NCBI GenBank assembly: GCA_035559815.1
Contig: DATMAT010000057.1
Coordinates: 6,359-70,358, forward strand
From: Thermodesulfobacteriota bacterium
GTDB taxonomy: Bacteria; Desulfobacterota_D; UBA1144; Nemesobacterales; CSP1-2
Reading direction: 5' to 3'
DNA: 64,000 bases
Position numbers and translations under genes: made by a program. The notes under the pieces are model-generated. The model was not told where the DNA came from, did no database searches, and saw nothing but the letters and a program-made list of their open reading frames with translations. Shown one piece after another: positions 55,335-64,000 of this stretch. Position 1 is the stretch's first letter, and the number at the start of each line of letters is the position of its first letter.

Positions 55335-56699
55335 ATGTCAGACCATACAACTGCGTTAGTACCCCTGGAATCCTGGTGTTATAACTCGCCGGAGTTGCGT
55401 GCATCTGGTAAATCGATAGATGTAGGCTTACTAGTTGAGGCACTTATCTATTACGATCGCGTTATCGTTAATGTTGGTAACCAACCACAATTTGCAGAAT
55501 TATTAAATTGGTTTATCGCTCAGAAAAAGTACAATGATTTCCTCGCCCTTGTTAATGATGGCGTCATAAGAATATAGGATTACGCGTTCTCAACCAACGC
55601 CATTTTAAAAGACGGCGTTTATTCGATCTGGAATATCCAAGATTCTATTCAAGCGCAACCAAATACTTTTGATCAGCGTTTTCTATATCACAAAGATATA
55701 CAAACTTGTTTAAATCATGCACGACAAAGGCAGAAACTGTATAAAGCACTGAGGGATAAAGTTATTGAAGTAAAAGCTGATGAATTTGGAAGCGCTATAG
55801 AAAACGCTAGACGGGATTATGACGATGCTAATAGAAATGCGCTAATAATTCAAGCTTTTGTTGATGAATTATATAAAATTAAAAACTTAGGTAGCGTACC
55901 AGAAGTAAGTGCTAGTGTAATAGCTTCACCAGATGGTGGTCGAAAGCATATCACTTGGAATGTTGATTTTGATCATCTTTCTTACATAGCAGGAAAAGAA
56001 CTCAATTTCCATCGTGGTACGCCACTCACTGCGGGGGCTATTTCAAATAGGCTACTGTGGTCAGCAGCTTCATTGGAATGTGACTTGTATTTAGGACAAC
56101 CAATCAGTGTATTGGTAGGTGATAAACTATATGAAAGCGGTAAGCAAATTAGCAAGGTTCATTCTATTATTGAAGAGCTACATCAGAAGGTAGAGTTTCC
56201 AGATTTACGTCAGCTAGTAAATTGCGGGAAGATAGGCCTTAAAGAAATTTTAATCATAAGAAAAAAGGCTCGAAAATTTCGTGAATGGCTACAACAAGAA
56301 TCGGATCGAGACAGGGATGCAATAATTGCATACCATCACGAAGTTGCCAAAGAGGCAGGGTTTACAAAGTTGGGTCGCAAAAGACTAAACCTCATAGGTG
56401 TGATCGGAGGTGGAGCTATTGGTTCTGTTGTAGGAAGCGTTGTTTCAGGCCATTCAGGTGCTGCATTAGGTGGTGCAGCAGGTAGTACTGTAGGATATGT
56501 ATTAGACATTGCCTCTAAGCTAGGGGCAGATTGGAAACCAGTAGTATTTGGTAACTGGTTTAGGGACCGGATTGAAAAAGTATTAGATAACAAAGAGCGA
56601 CTGGCACTAATGGCATTCAAACCGCTCAGCTCATCGGCTGCTTTAAACGCAGTGTTAGAAGATAGAGTTAAGCCCGTCGTAAGGCAAACGCTTCATTAA
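55335..56699 (+). pseudogene. 454-codon ORF interrupted by a single in-frame TAG (55575-55577); glycine-zipper C-terminus
   Basis: Codon-by-codon reading from 55335 to 56699 stays in one frame with only one stop (...NDGVIRI*DYAFSTNAILKDGV...). The C-terminus is GVIGGGAIGSVVGSVVSGHSGAALGGAAGSTVGYVLD, a Gly-zipper. The region is AT-rich. Confidence 0.5.
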
Positions 56700-57418
56700 G
56701 AAACAGACAAAATAATCTCGTCGACCACTGCCTCAGGCTCTTTTGCCTCGGTTATAGCTCTTCCTATCACCAAGTAATCTGCTCCGAGAGAAACGGCTTC
56801 GGAGGGGGTTACAACCCTCTTTTGATCATGGATACCTAGACCCAAGCGAACACCAGGCACAACCAGTATAAATCTATCTCCAAATTCTTTCCTCAAAATC
56901 TCAACCTCTTTTCCGGAGGCAACCAGCCCGTCCACCCCGGCTTTATCGGCAAGTGCGGCAAGTCTAATCACTTCTTCTTGAGAACCATAGTTAATACCAA
57001 TCTCCCTTAAATTTTCTTCGGCCTGACTGGTTAGCACGGTTACCGCCAGGACAAGCGGCCTGGGTTTTGACAGTTTCTGAGACTCATCTCGAACTGTTTC
57101 TACCGTTGCTTTCATCATTTCTAATCCACCGAGAGCGTGAATGGTAAACATCTTAATACCATGTTGGACTACCTGACGAGATGCCTTTTCTACTGTCGAG
57201 GGAATATCGTGGAACTTGAGATCAAGAAAAATATCCACGCCGATATTGATAAATTCTCTTATACCTTCTGGTCCTGAGTTTAAAAAAAGGATTGGCCCGA
57301 CCTTGAATGCTTTAATTTTTTGTTTGAGTCTTTCCACCCAGCTTTTAGCTTCTTTAAACTTGGGAAAATCCAGGGCCAAGATAATTCGCTCTTCGGGTCT
57401 GAGATTAGGTTTAACCAT
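56696..57418 (-). CDS. pyrF: Orotidine-5'-phosphate decarboxylase
   Basis: ILALDFPKFKEAKSWVERL..., the active-site DLKFHDIPSTV, and VLTSQ are present. Confidence 0.9.
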   Translation of the reverse strand: MVKPNLRPEERIILALDFPKFKEAKSWVERLKQKIKAFKVGPILFLNSGPEGIREFINIGVDIFLDLKFHDIPSTVEKASRQVVQHGIKMFTIHALGGLEMMKATVETVRDESQKLSKPRPLVLAVTVLTSQAEENLREIGINYGSQEEVIRLAALADKAGVDGLVASGKEVEILRKEFGDRFILVVPGVRLGLGIHDQKRVVTPSEAVSLGADYLVIGRAITEAKEPEAVVDEIILSVS

Positions 57419-57531
57419 GTTTTGAAGTTAGAAGCCACAAATTGACACAGATGGACACGAATGAAAAGAAATTTGTGATTTTAGCACTGAAGACAAATCG
57501 TTTTTATTCGTGTAAATTCGTGGCTACTTGA

Positions 57532-59247
57532 TCACTTTGAACCAAGAATCATCTCAACTTCTTTCTCCACTTCTTCGATCTTTACCTTCTTAGAGATCCC
57601 ACCTTTTCTCAACTTTATCTCTGCTGCGCCTTCCTTGATGGTCCTGGGCCCGACGGTAACCTGAATGGGCATACCCATCAAGTCCGCATCCTTAAACTTG
57701 AATCCGGCGCTTTCTTCCCTGTCGTCGATAATCGCCTCCACACCGCGGTCGAGCAGATTTCTATAAATTTCCTCGGCAACGTTTTTTACTCGCTCCTCTT
57801 TCATATTGAGCGGAAGAATAACCACCTGAAAAGGGGCCAGAGAAAGCGGTAGTACTATTCCATTTTCATCATAGTTCTGTTCTATCGCCGCCGCAACCGT
57901 ACGACCGATGCCAATACCGTAGCACCCCATTATGAATAATCTCTCCTTCCCGTTTGCATCGATAAAAGTGGCATTCATGCTCTCGCTATACTTGGTTCCG
58001 AGCTTAAAAACATGGCCTACCTCGATTCCTCTACTGGAGCGGAGAACACCGCCTTTACATCTCGGACACGGGTCACCATCAGATGCCACCCTAACGTCTG
58101 CAAATTCACTTACACGAAAATCCCTGTCCAGGTTTACATTAATCACATGGTAATCCCTTTTGTTCGCCCCGGTAACTGCATTCCTTATGCCCTTAATAGA
58201 CCGGTCGGCAATAATTCTAATCTTGAGTCCAACCGGGCCGCTAAATCCGAGCGGCCCCGTCGTTACCTCTTCGATCCTATTCGGTGTGGCAAGCTCGACT
58301 GTATCTGCACCGATCGCTTTTTTGAGCTTGGTCAAGCTGAGCTCATGGTTCCCCCGGACAAGCGCAGCCACCGGTTGGCCATCAGCCTCCACTATCATAG
58401 TTTTTATCAAATCACTCGGTTTAACCTTTAAGAACGTGGCAACCTGCTCCACCGTCTTTAAGCCGGGGGTATGAACCTCCTGAATTGGTCTTTCTTCGAG
58501 GCCTTTTTCCGTCGTTTCTCCACCGCCCTCCCCTATCTCCGCCAGCTCCAGATTAGCCGCATAATCGCACTTGTTGCAGCTCATAATCACATCCTCACCG
58601 GTCGGGGCCAGGACCATGAACTCGTGGGAAAAACTACCTCCGATATTACCCGTATCCGCCAGCACCGCGCGAAACTCAAGCCCGCATCTCTCGAAAATAC
58701 GGTTATAGGCTTCGTACATCAGCCAGTAGGATTTATCAGCCCCTTCGTCGTCGGCATCAAAGCTGTAGGCGTCCTTCATTATGAATTCCCTGGCCCGCAT
58801 AACGCCGAACCGCGGGCGGATTTCGTCCCGGAATTTTGTCTGAATCTGGTACAGGTTGACCGGCAGTTGCTTATAAGACCTTATTTCCCGGCGAACGATG
58901 TCCGTTATAATCTCCTCGTGAGTGGGGCCGAGGCAGAATTCCCTCTCCGCCCTGTCCTTAAACCGGAGGAGTTCCCTTCCGTATTTATCCCACCTTCCGC
59001 TTTCCTTCCAGAGTTCCGCTGGTAAAACCGAGGGCATGAGCAATTCAATAGCCCCGGCTCGGTTCATTTCTTCCCTCACTATATTCTCAACCTTTTTTAT
59101 CGAGCGAAGTCCGAGCGGAAGATAGTTATAAATCCCGGCAGCCAGTTTTCTTATCATCCCGGCACGCACCATCAGCTTATGGCTTATCACCTCGGCATCG
59201 GCAGGGTCTTCTTTTAGAGTAGGAAGGAAATAATTAGAGTATCTCAA
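57532..59247 (-). CDS. proS: Prolyl-tRNA synthetase (bacterial type with INS editing domain)
   Basis: MRYSNYFLPTLKEDPADAEVISHKLMVRAGMIRK is the classic ProS N-terminus. Class II motifs and a C-terminal anticodon-binding domain are present. Length is 571 aa. Confidence 0.92.
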   Translation of the reverse strand: MRYSNYFLPTLKEDPADAEVISHKLMVRAGMIRKLAAGIYNYLPLGLRSIKKVENIVREEMNRAGAIELLMPSVLPAELWKESGRWDKYGRELLRFKDRAEREFCLGPTHEEIITDIVRREIRSYKQLPVNLYQIQTKFRDEIRPRFGVMRAREFIMKDAYSFDADDEGADKSYWLMYEAYNRIFERCGLEFRAVLADTGNIGGSFSHEFMVLAPTGEDVIMSCNKCDYAANLELAEIGEGGGETTEKGLEERPIQEVHTPGLKTVEQVATFLKVKPSDLIKTMIVEADGQPVAALVRGNHELSLTKLKKAIGADTVELATPNRIEEVTTGPLGFSGPVGLKIRIIADRSIKGIRNAVTGANKRDYHVINVNLDRDFRVSEFADVRVASDGDPCPRCKGGVLRSSRGIEVGHVFKLGTKYSESMNATFIDANGKERLFIMGCYGIGIGRTVAAAIEQNYDENGIVLPLSLAPFQVVILPLNMKEERVKNVAEEIYRNLLDRGVEAIIDDREESAGFKFKDADLMGMPIQVTVGPRTIKEGAAEIKLRKGGISKKVKIEEVEKEVEMILGSK

Positions 59248-59387
59248 TTTTTCTTTACCTCGGTGAGTAATAAGTTACCGATTTTGCTGTCAAAAGCAAT
59301 AAGAAATAATAAAGCACCTGTCCTATCGTCCTAGCTAAATGAGACCATTTTGAGTAAACTTTCACCCAAGCTTAACCGAGCTGAGGG

Positions 59388-60506
59388 ATGATAGTTTCTC
59401 ATAAAAAGATATTTATTATACATTTGCTCACTGCTTTCTTATTATCGGGTCACGAGATATGGGCAAGTGACCGGATGATCCCATCGGGCGCTTGCACCAA
59501 TAACCTGATAATGACATTTCCCACTTCCGGCCCCGAGCAAACGCGCTGGGATATATGCTTCGAAACTATATCGGCCAATGGATTGGTCATCACCCAGGCT
59601 TTGTTTCGCCGGTCGGCGGGTTCCTCGCAAATACAGGTTTTGTCCGACGCCCGGATTGCCGAAATCTTCGTACCCTACCATCCGGGATCTCCTCGCTTTC
59701 ACGATGTAAGCGACTTCAACTTCCCGTTATTAACACTTAAAGGTACAGACTGCCCTGCCTCGGCGGGCGGTACACTCATCGGGAATTCTCAAGTATGTAA
59801 GGAGGTGCGAGACCGAGGAGTAGCCTGGAAGGATGACAGCCTGGTGCGTAGAGGAGAGGAATTGGTGCTATGGTCCGTGGTCGACGCTTCTAACTACAAC
59901 TACATCATACAATGGGTATTTCGGGATGACGGAACGATTCTAGGAGAGGTGGGGTCCACCGGACCCAAACTGGGTGGCGCTGACGATACCACCGGGCACA
60001 TGCATACCTTTTCCTGGCGGCTCGACATCGACCTCAACGGTTCCGACGGGGACTCAGTTCACTTAACCAGGCATTCCGAGCCTCTTCCCGGCCTGTCCGC
60101 AACCGACCACGAAAGACTTATCACCACCGAATCGGGACTGGTATGGAAACCCAGAAAATATACCACCCTGAAGATCAGCGACACCTCCCTCCAAAATGAC
60201 AACGGGCGCACTACGTCCTACGAGCTAGTCCCGCTGCGGTCCGGAACGGCACGGCATAACGAGGCGTTCACCAAAAAGGATTTGTGGGTCACCAGATTTA
60301 AAGAAGGAGAGCTACTGGCCAGGAATCTGCCTTCATTCCTGACAAACGAGTCGGTAGTGGATACAGACATAGTTATCTGGTATACGGTGGGAGCGCACCA
60401 CGAGAACGGGATGCGGGACGAGGATCGAGACACGGTGCCGGTCAAATGGGTAGGATTCGAGTTATCCCCAAAGAACCTCTTCAACGGCACTCCGCTTTAC
60501 CCGTGA
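59388..60506 (+). CDS. Secreted copper amine oxidase-like catalytic-domain protein
   Basis: A signal peptide is present. SNYNYIIQWVFRDDGTI matches the TPQ-precursor NY(D/E)Y motif (E. coli TynA NYDYIFDWIFHENGTI). GHMHTFSWRLDIDLNG matches the HxH copper site. A later His is in VGAHHENGMRDED. Confidence 0.7.
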   Translation: MIVSHKKIFIIHLLTAFLLSGHEIWASDRMIPSGACTNNLIMTFPTSGPEQTRWDICFETISANGLVITQALFRRSAGSSQIQVLSDARIAEIFVPYHPGSPRFHDVSDFNFPLLTLKGTDCPASAGGTLIGNSQVCKEVRDRGVAWKDDSLVRRGEELVLWSVVDASNYNYIIQWVFRDDGTILGEVGSTGPKLGGADDTTGHMHTFSWRLDIDLNGSDGDSVHLTRHSEPLPGLSATDHERLITTESGLVWKPRKYTTLKISDTSLQNDNGRTTSYELVPLRSGTARHNEAFTKKDLWVTRFKEGELLARNLPSFLTNESVVDTDIVIWYTVGAHHENGMRDEDRDTVPVKWVGFELSPKNLFNGTPLYP

Positions 60507-60574
60507 GTCGCCTAGACTAGATGATTAAACGGATGAGATTCTGTATAATTAACAGAGTCTTTTTTTAAGGAGAA

Positions 60575-61042
60575 ATGAAGATGAATAGGATTTGGAAAAA
60601 TATTGCTTTAGCCACGGCAGTACTGTTAATCGGTATAGGAGCTTTCTCAGCGTATCCAGAGTCCCAATCCAACACGACCACAGTTACGGTCTATAAGGAC
60701 GCCTCTTGCGGCTGTTGTACCAAGTGGGTTGACCACCTCAAAGAAAATGGCTTCCAGGTAACCGCACATGACACTACCGATTTGATGAAGGTCAAGACTG
60801 AACATGGGATTCCGGGCAAACTTTCTTCTTGTCATACCGCGCTCGTGGACCGTTATGTAGTAGAAGGGCACGTACCCGCAGATGTGGTAAAGCGCTTACT
60901 ATCGGAAAAACCTGACGTGGTTGGAATCGCTGTGCCCGGAATGCCCATGGGGTCGCCGGGCATGGAGGGTAACTACACCGAGCCCTACAACGTTCTTACT
61001 TTCGATCGCGAAGGGAATACGAAGGTTTATACTAGCCATTGA
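60575..61042 (+). CDS. DUF411 (CopG-like periplasmic metal-binding) protein
   Basis: A signal/TM N-terminus is followed by VYKDASCGCCTKWVDHLKENGF and VEGHVPADVV, which are DUF411 hallmarks. Confidence 0.7.
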   Translation: MKMNRIWKNIALATAVLLIGIGAFSAYPESQSNTTTVTVYKDASCGCCTKWVDHLKENGFQVTAHDTTDLMKVKTEHGIPGKLSSCHTALVDRYVVEGHVPADVVKRLLSEKPDVVGIAVPGMPMGSPGMEGNYTEPYNVLTFDREGNTKVYTSH

Positions 61043-61091
61043 CTGGATACACCAGTATAACCACCCTTCATCTGCTTAATGTCGGCTTGAT

Positions 61092-62024
61092 TTGCACGAG
61101 TATCCAGTCTATCTTAACAATCAAAAGATGGATAACCGCTCAAAAACAGATGAAGACGGTATAATTTCCCTGCCTGTCCAAAAGGTAAAAGGCGTTCATA
61201 CATCCGCACATCAAGACCTTCTGGTCGTGGAAGAACCTTTGGAAATTCGGCTTGGTTTCTATTCAGAAGGCAAACGCAAAAACAAAAGCATATCCGTCAC
61301 CATGCGCACGCCGGGGCAGGATTTGGAGTTGGCCGCCGGGTTTCTTTTTAGCGAAGGAATCATAAATGGCTTTGACTGTATCGAGAATATTCGCCATCTT
61401 GATTCCAATGGAGGCAGGGGGCGGCAGAGCAATGTTGTTCATGTGGAATTAGTGCCCAACGTAGGGATTGATTTCAACAGGCTTGAGAGACACTTTTATA
61501 CTACGTCCGGTTGCGGCGTTTGTGGTAAGACCTCGATCCAGGCTCTTCAATTAATCGGACGCCCTGTGTTGCCCGATGACAGCCCGATTCTTAAATCCGA
61601 AACCATTCATATGCTCCCCGAAGCCCTCTTGAATGCACAAACCGTATTTGGTCGAACCGGAGGCTTACACGCCGCTGCCCTTTTCGATCGCAGTGGAAAG
61701 CTGATGGCGTTAAGGGAGGATGTCGGACGCCATAACGCCGTGGACAAGGTAATCGGGGCAAAGCTGTTTGAAAAACGAATTCCGTTAGTTGACCAACTCC
61801 TTCTGGTCAGCGGAAGGGCCGGTTTTGAGATTGTGCAAAAAGCCCTCATGGCTGGAATTCCAGTCCTTGCTGCCGTCGGAGCCCCCTCGAGCTTAGCAGT
61901 AGAATTAGCTTCTAATCTCAACATGACTCTGTTGGGGTTCGTTCGGGACAACCGATTCAATATTTATTCCGGAGCATGGAGAATCAAGATAGACGGTGCC
62001 GGATACAGGATGCAAGATAAATAA
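61092..62024 (+). CDS. fdhD: Formate dehydrogenase accessory sulfurtransferase FdhD
   Basis: FYTTSGCGVCGKTSIQAL contains the catalytic Cys. VGRHNAVDKVIG and a C-terminal Gly-rich segment are present. Confidence 0.85.
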   Translation: MHEYPVYLNNQKMDNRSKTDEDGIISLPVQKVKGVHTSAHQDLLVVEEPLEIRLGFYSEGKRKNKSISVTMRTPGQDLELAAGFLFSEGIINGFDCIENIRHLDSNGGRGRQSNVVHVELVPNVGIDFNRLERHFYTTSGCGVCGKTSIQALQLIGRPVLPDDSPILKSETIHMLPEALLNAQTVFGRTGGLHAAALFDRSGKLMALREDVGRHNAVDKVIGAKLFEKRIPLVDQLLLVSGRAGFEIVQKALMAGIPVLAAVGAPSSLAVELASNLNMTLLGFVRDNRFNIYSGAWRIKIDGAGYRMQDK

Positions 62025-62102
62025 TGACTAATCCTGCATCGTGAATCATTCATCATGTATCGTTTTCTGGATAATAAATAGTTACACCGTGGCATATTAG
62101 TA

Positions 62103-64000
62103 ATGAAGGAAAAAATAGAACACGGAAAATCACGCGAAGAGCCCCCTGAGGAGTTTGCCGGGATCGAAGTTAAACCACCCAAGAAAACGGCTGCAGGGAT
62201 CCCCGCTATTTTATCCACCTTACAACACTCGTACAACGACATGGGCGTTATTAACGCCGTGAAAACACTGCTTAAGGTAAATCAGAAAGACGGCTTTGAT
62301 TGCCAAAGCTGTGCCTGGCCGAACCCGGATGACCACCGTCATACGGTTGAATTTTGTGAAAACGGCGCCAAAGCCGTCGCCGATGAAGCCACCAGAAAGC
62401 GGGTCACGCCGGAGTTTTTCAAGAGATGGTCGGTTACAGAACTCAGCAACAAATCGGATTACTGGCTCAACAAACAGGGACGGCTAACACACCCTATGGT
62501 GCTTGGCGAGGGCAGCGACCATTATGCACCGATAAGTTGGGAAGAAGCATTCAAACTCATTTCCGAGGAATTAAATTCACTTTCCTCCCCCGACGAAGCC
62601 GTCTTCTACACATCGGGAAGGACAAGCAACGAGGCAGCATTTCTATATCAGCTCTTTGTAAGACAATTCGGCACAAATAACCTGCCGGACTGCTCTAACA
62701 TGTGCCACGAATCGAGTGGGAGGGCGTTAACCGAGACCATAGGCGTTGGCAAAGGGACGGTAAGCCTGAATGACTTCGAGCTTGCGGATGCCATATTCAT
62801 AATCGGCCAGAATCCCGGCTCTAACCACCCGCGGATGCTGTCTTCCCTCCAGAAGGCGGCTAGAAAGGGCTGTAAGATAGTGAGCATAAACCCTCTGCCT
62901 GAAACCGGATTCTTCCACTTCAAGAATCCCCAGGAAGTCTTGGAGACGCTATTCACAAGGGGCACACAGCTTTCTAACCTTTTTCTTCAGGTACGCATCA
63001 ACGGAGACGTCGCCCTGTTAAAAGGCATCATGAAAGAGATGCTCGAAGAGGAAGAGCGCCGACCGGGAAATGTATTAGACCACGAGTTCATCCGGGAGCA
63101 CACGGTAGGCTTTGAGAGCTTTGTCGACGACTTACGAAAGACGGAGTGGGACGAGATTCTAGAAGAAAGCGGAATCACCAGAGAGCAAATAAGAGAAGCA
63201 GCTAGGATCGCCATAGACTCGAAACGCATGATCTGCTGCTGGGCAATGGGGTTGACCCAGCACAAGAATGCGGTGGCAACTATACAAGAGATCGTTAACC
63301 TAATGCTTCTTCGCGGCCAGATTGGAAGGCCCGGAGCCGGCCTTTGCCCTGTTCGAGGCCACAGCAATGTTCAGGGCGACCGAACCATGGGGATCTGGGA
63401 GCGGCCGACAGAGGCTTTTTTCGAAAGCCTTTCCAAAGAGTTCGATTTTGAGCCACCTCCCCAGCACGGATACGATACCGTCCAGTCAATAAAAGCCATG
63501 TATGAAGGTAAAGCAAAAGTCTTCATAGCTATGGGCGGCAACTTCCTCTCGGCAACGCCGGATACCCATTACACGGCAGAGGCGCTCAGGCGCTGTCGAT
63601 TAACCGTCCACGTGTCAACGAAACTGAATCGCTCCCATCTAATCACCGGAAAACGGGCATTGATACTTCCGTGCCTCGGCCGTTCGGAAAAGGACGTGCA
63701 GGCAGAGGGACCTCAGTTTGTCACTGTAGAGGACTCGATGAGCGTCGTGAGTTCCTCACGTGGGTCGCTCAAACCAGCGTCCGAACATTTACTTAGCGAG
63801 CCGGCAATCGTGGCCAGGCTCGCCCGGGCAACATTAGGGGAACGAAGCACCGTAGATTGGGAAGGTCTTGTAGCAAATTACGACCGCATACGAGATCACA
63901 TAGCAAAAGTAATTCCGGGATTTCATGACTATAATCGTCGTATTCGGGAGGGGAGTTTTTACCTTCCTAATAGCGCACGGGAGCGTGAGTTTAACACCCC
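62103..64000 (+). CDS. Molybdopterin oxidoreductase alpha subunit, FdhF/YdeP family (partial, continues past the window end)
   Basis: This was not in the supplied ORF track because the ORF is open-ended. My manual translation from the ATG at 62103 gives MKEKIEHGK...CQSCAWPNPDDHRHTVEFCENG (N-terminal Fe-S Cys cluster) ...CSNMCHESSG...VRGHSNVQGDRTMGIWERP, which is typical of the YdeP/FdhF-like family. There is no stop through 64000. Confidence 0.8.
   Translation, partial: MKEKIEHGKSREEPPEEFAGIEVKPPKKTAAGIPAILSTLQHSYNDMGVINAVKTLLKVNQKDGFDCQSCAWPNPDDHRHTVEFCENGAKAVADEATRKRVTPEFFKRWSVTELSNKSDYWLNKQGRLTHPMVLGEGSDHYAPISWEEAFKLISEELNSLSSPDEAVFYTSGRTSNEAAFLYQLFVRQFGTNNLPDCSNMCHESSGRALTETIGVGKGTVSLNDFELADAIFIIGQNPGSNHPRMLSSLQKAARKGCKIVSINPLPETGFFHFKNPQEVLETLFTRGTQLSNLFLQVRINGDVALLKGIMKEMLEEEERRPGNVLDHEFIREHTVGFESFVDDLRKTEWDEILEESGITREQIREAARIAIDSKRMICCWAMGLTQHKNAVATIQEIVNLMLLRGQIGRPGAGLCPVRGHSNVQGDRTMGIWERPTEAFFESLSKEFDFEPPPQHGYDTVQSIKAMYEGKAKVFIAMGGNFLSATPDTHYTAEALRRCRLTVHVSTKLNRSHLITGKRALILPCLGRSEKDVQAEGPQFVTVEDSMSVVSSSRGSLKPASEHLLSEPAIVARLARATLGERSTVDWEGLVANYDRIRDHIAKVIPGFHDYNRRIREGSFYLPNSAREREFNT

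Noticed and set aside
1-64000. tRNA or rRNA genes
   Set aside because: I found no segments with the conserved T-loop (GTTCGAATC-like) or acceptor-stem pairing, and no rRNA-like conserved blocks. The gene deserts are explained by MITE-like repeats.

Overview
This 64-kb window is bacterial in character: GGAGG-type ribosome-binding sites, overlapping stop/start operon junctions, and about 50% GC. It carries a mix of housekeeping and accessory genes. The housekeeping set includes clpB, proS, pyrF, hflX, fdhD plus an FdhF/YdeP-type molybdoenzyme that runs off the 3' end, two acyl-CoA ligases, a KefB-like antiporter, a LysR regulator, an SDR oxidoreductase, a Sir2 deacylase, a GGDEF cyclase, an ECF-like sigma/anti-sigma pair, a TPR-CHAT protein, two large beta-propeller repeat proteins, a copper amine oxidase with a DUF411 partner, and a VapBC pair.

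The standout region is 33.2-42.5 kb, all on the minus strand. Nine paralogous small genes there encode proteins that share a roughly 25-residue N-terminal leader (M-x-K-[IMLV]-PGFTAE[AV]SLY[KR]-[TS]-x-x-x-Y). Their C-terminal payloads are hypervariable in length (about 60-300 residues) and composition; most are cysteine-rich, two are tryptophan-rich, and one carries a secretory-phospholipase-A2-like catalytic motif. The nine genes fall in two subclusters. Each subcluster is headed by a signal-less, pro-domain-less S8 subtilisin-like peptidase. The larger subcluster also has a 331-aa unknown protein and a small ORF containing PGF. A radical SAM gene and an LLM-class flavin oxidoreductase lie upstream in the same orientation. 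A roughly 49-bp DNA segment, encoding the tail EFPFLVTKMSPYYDR*, is duplicated at both subcluster boundaries and appears to have truncated one of the peptidases. I read this as a previously undescribed leader-peptide/peptidase cassette system that diversifies secreted, disulfide-rich toxin-like or RiPP-like products.

Other notable items are a conserved promoter-like motif (GGAA-N13-14-CTTTTCGTCTA, resembling ECF-sigma promoters) upstream of five loci; dense clusters of palindromic MITE-like repeats (GTCATT...AATGAC) filling three gene deserts; TAGGGG...CCCCTA palindromic terminator-like hairpins; a remnant of a P-type ATPase; and an AT-rich islet containing a frameshifted gene and a 454-codon ORF interrupted by a single in-frame TAG.
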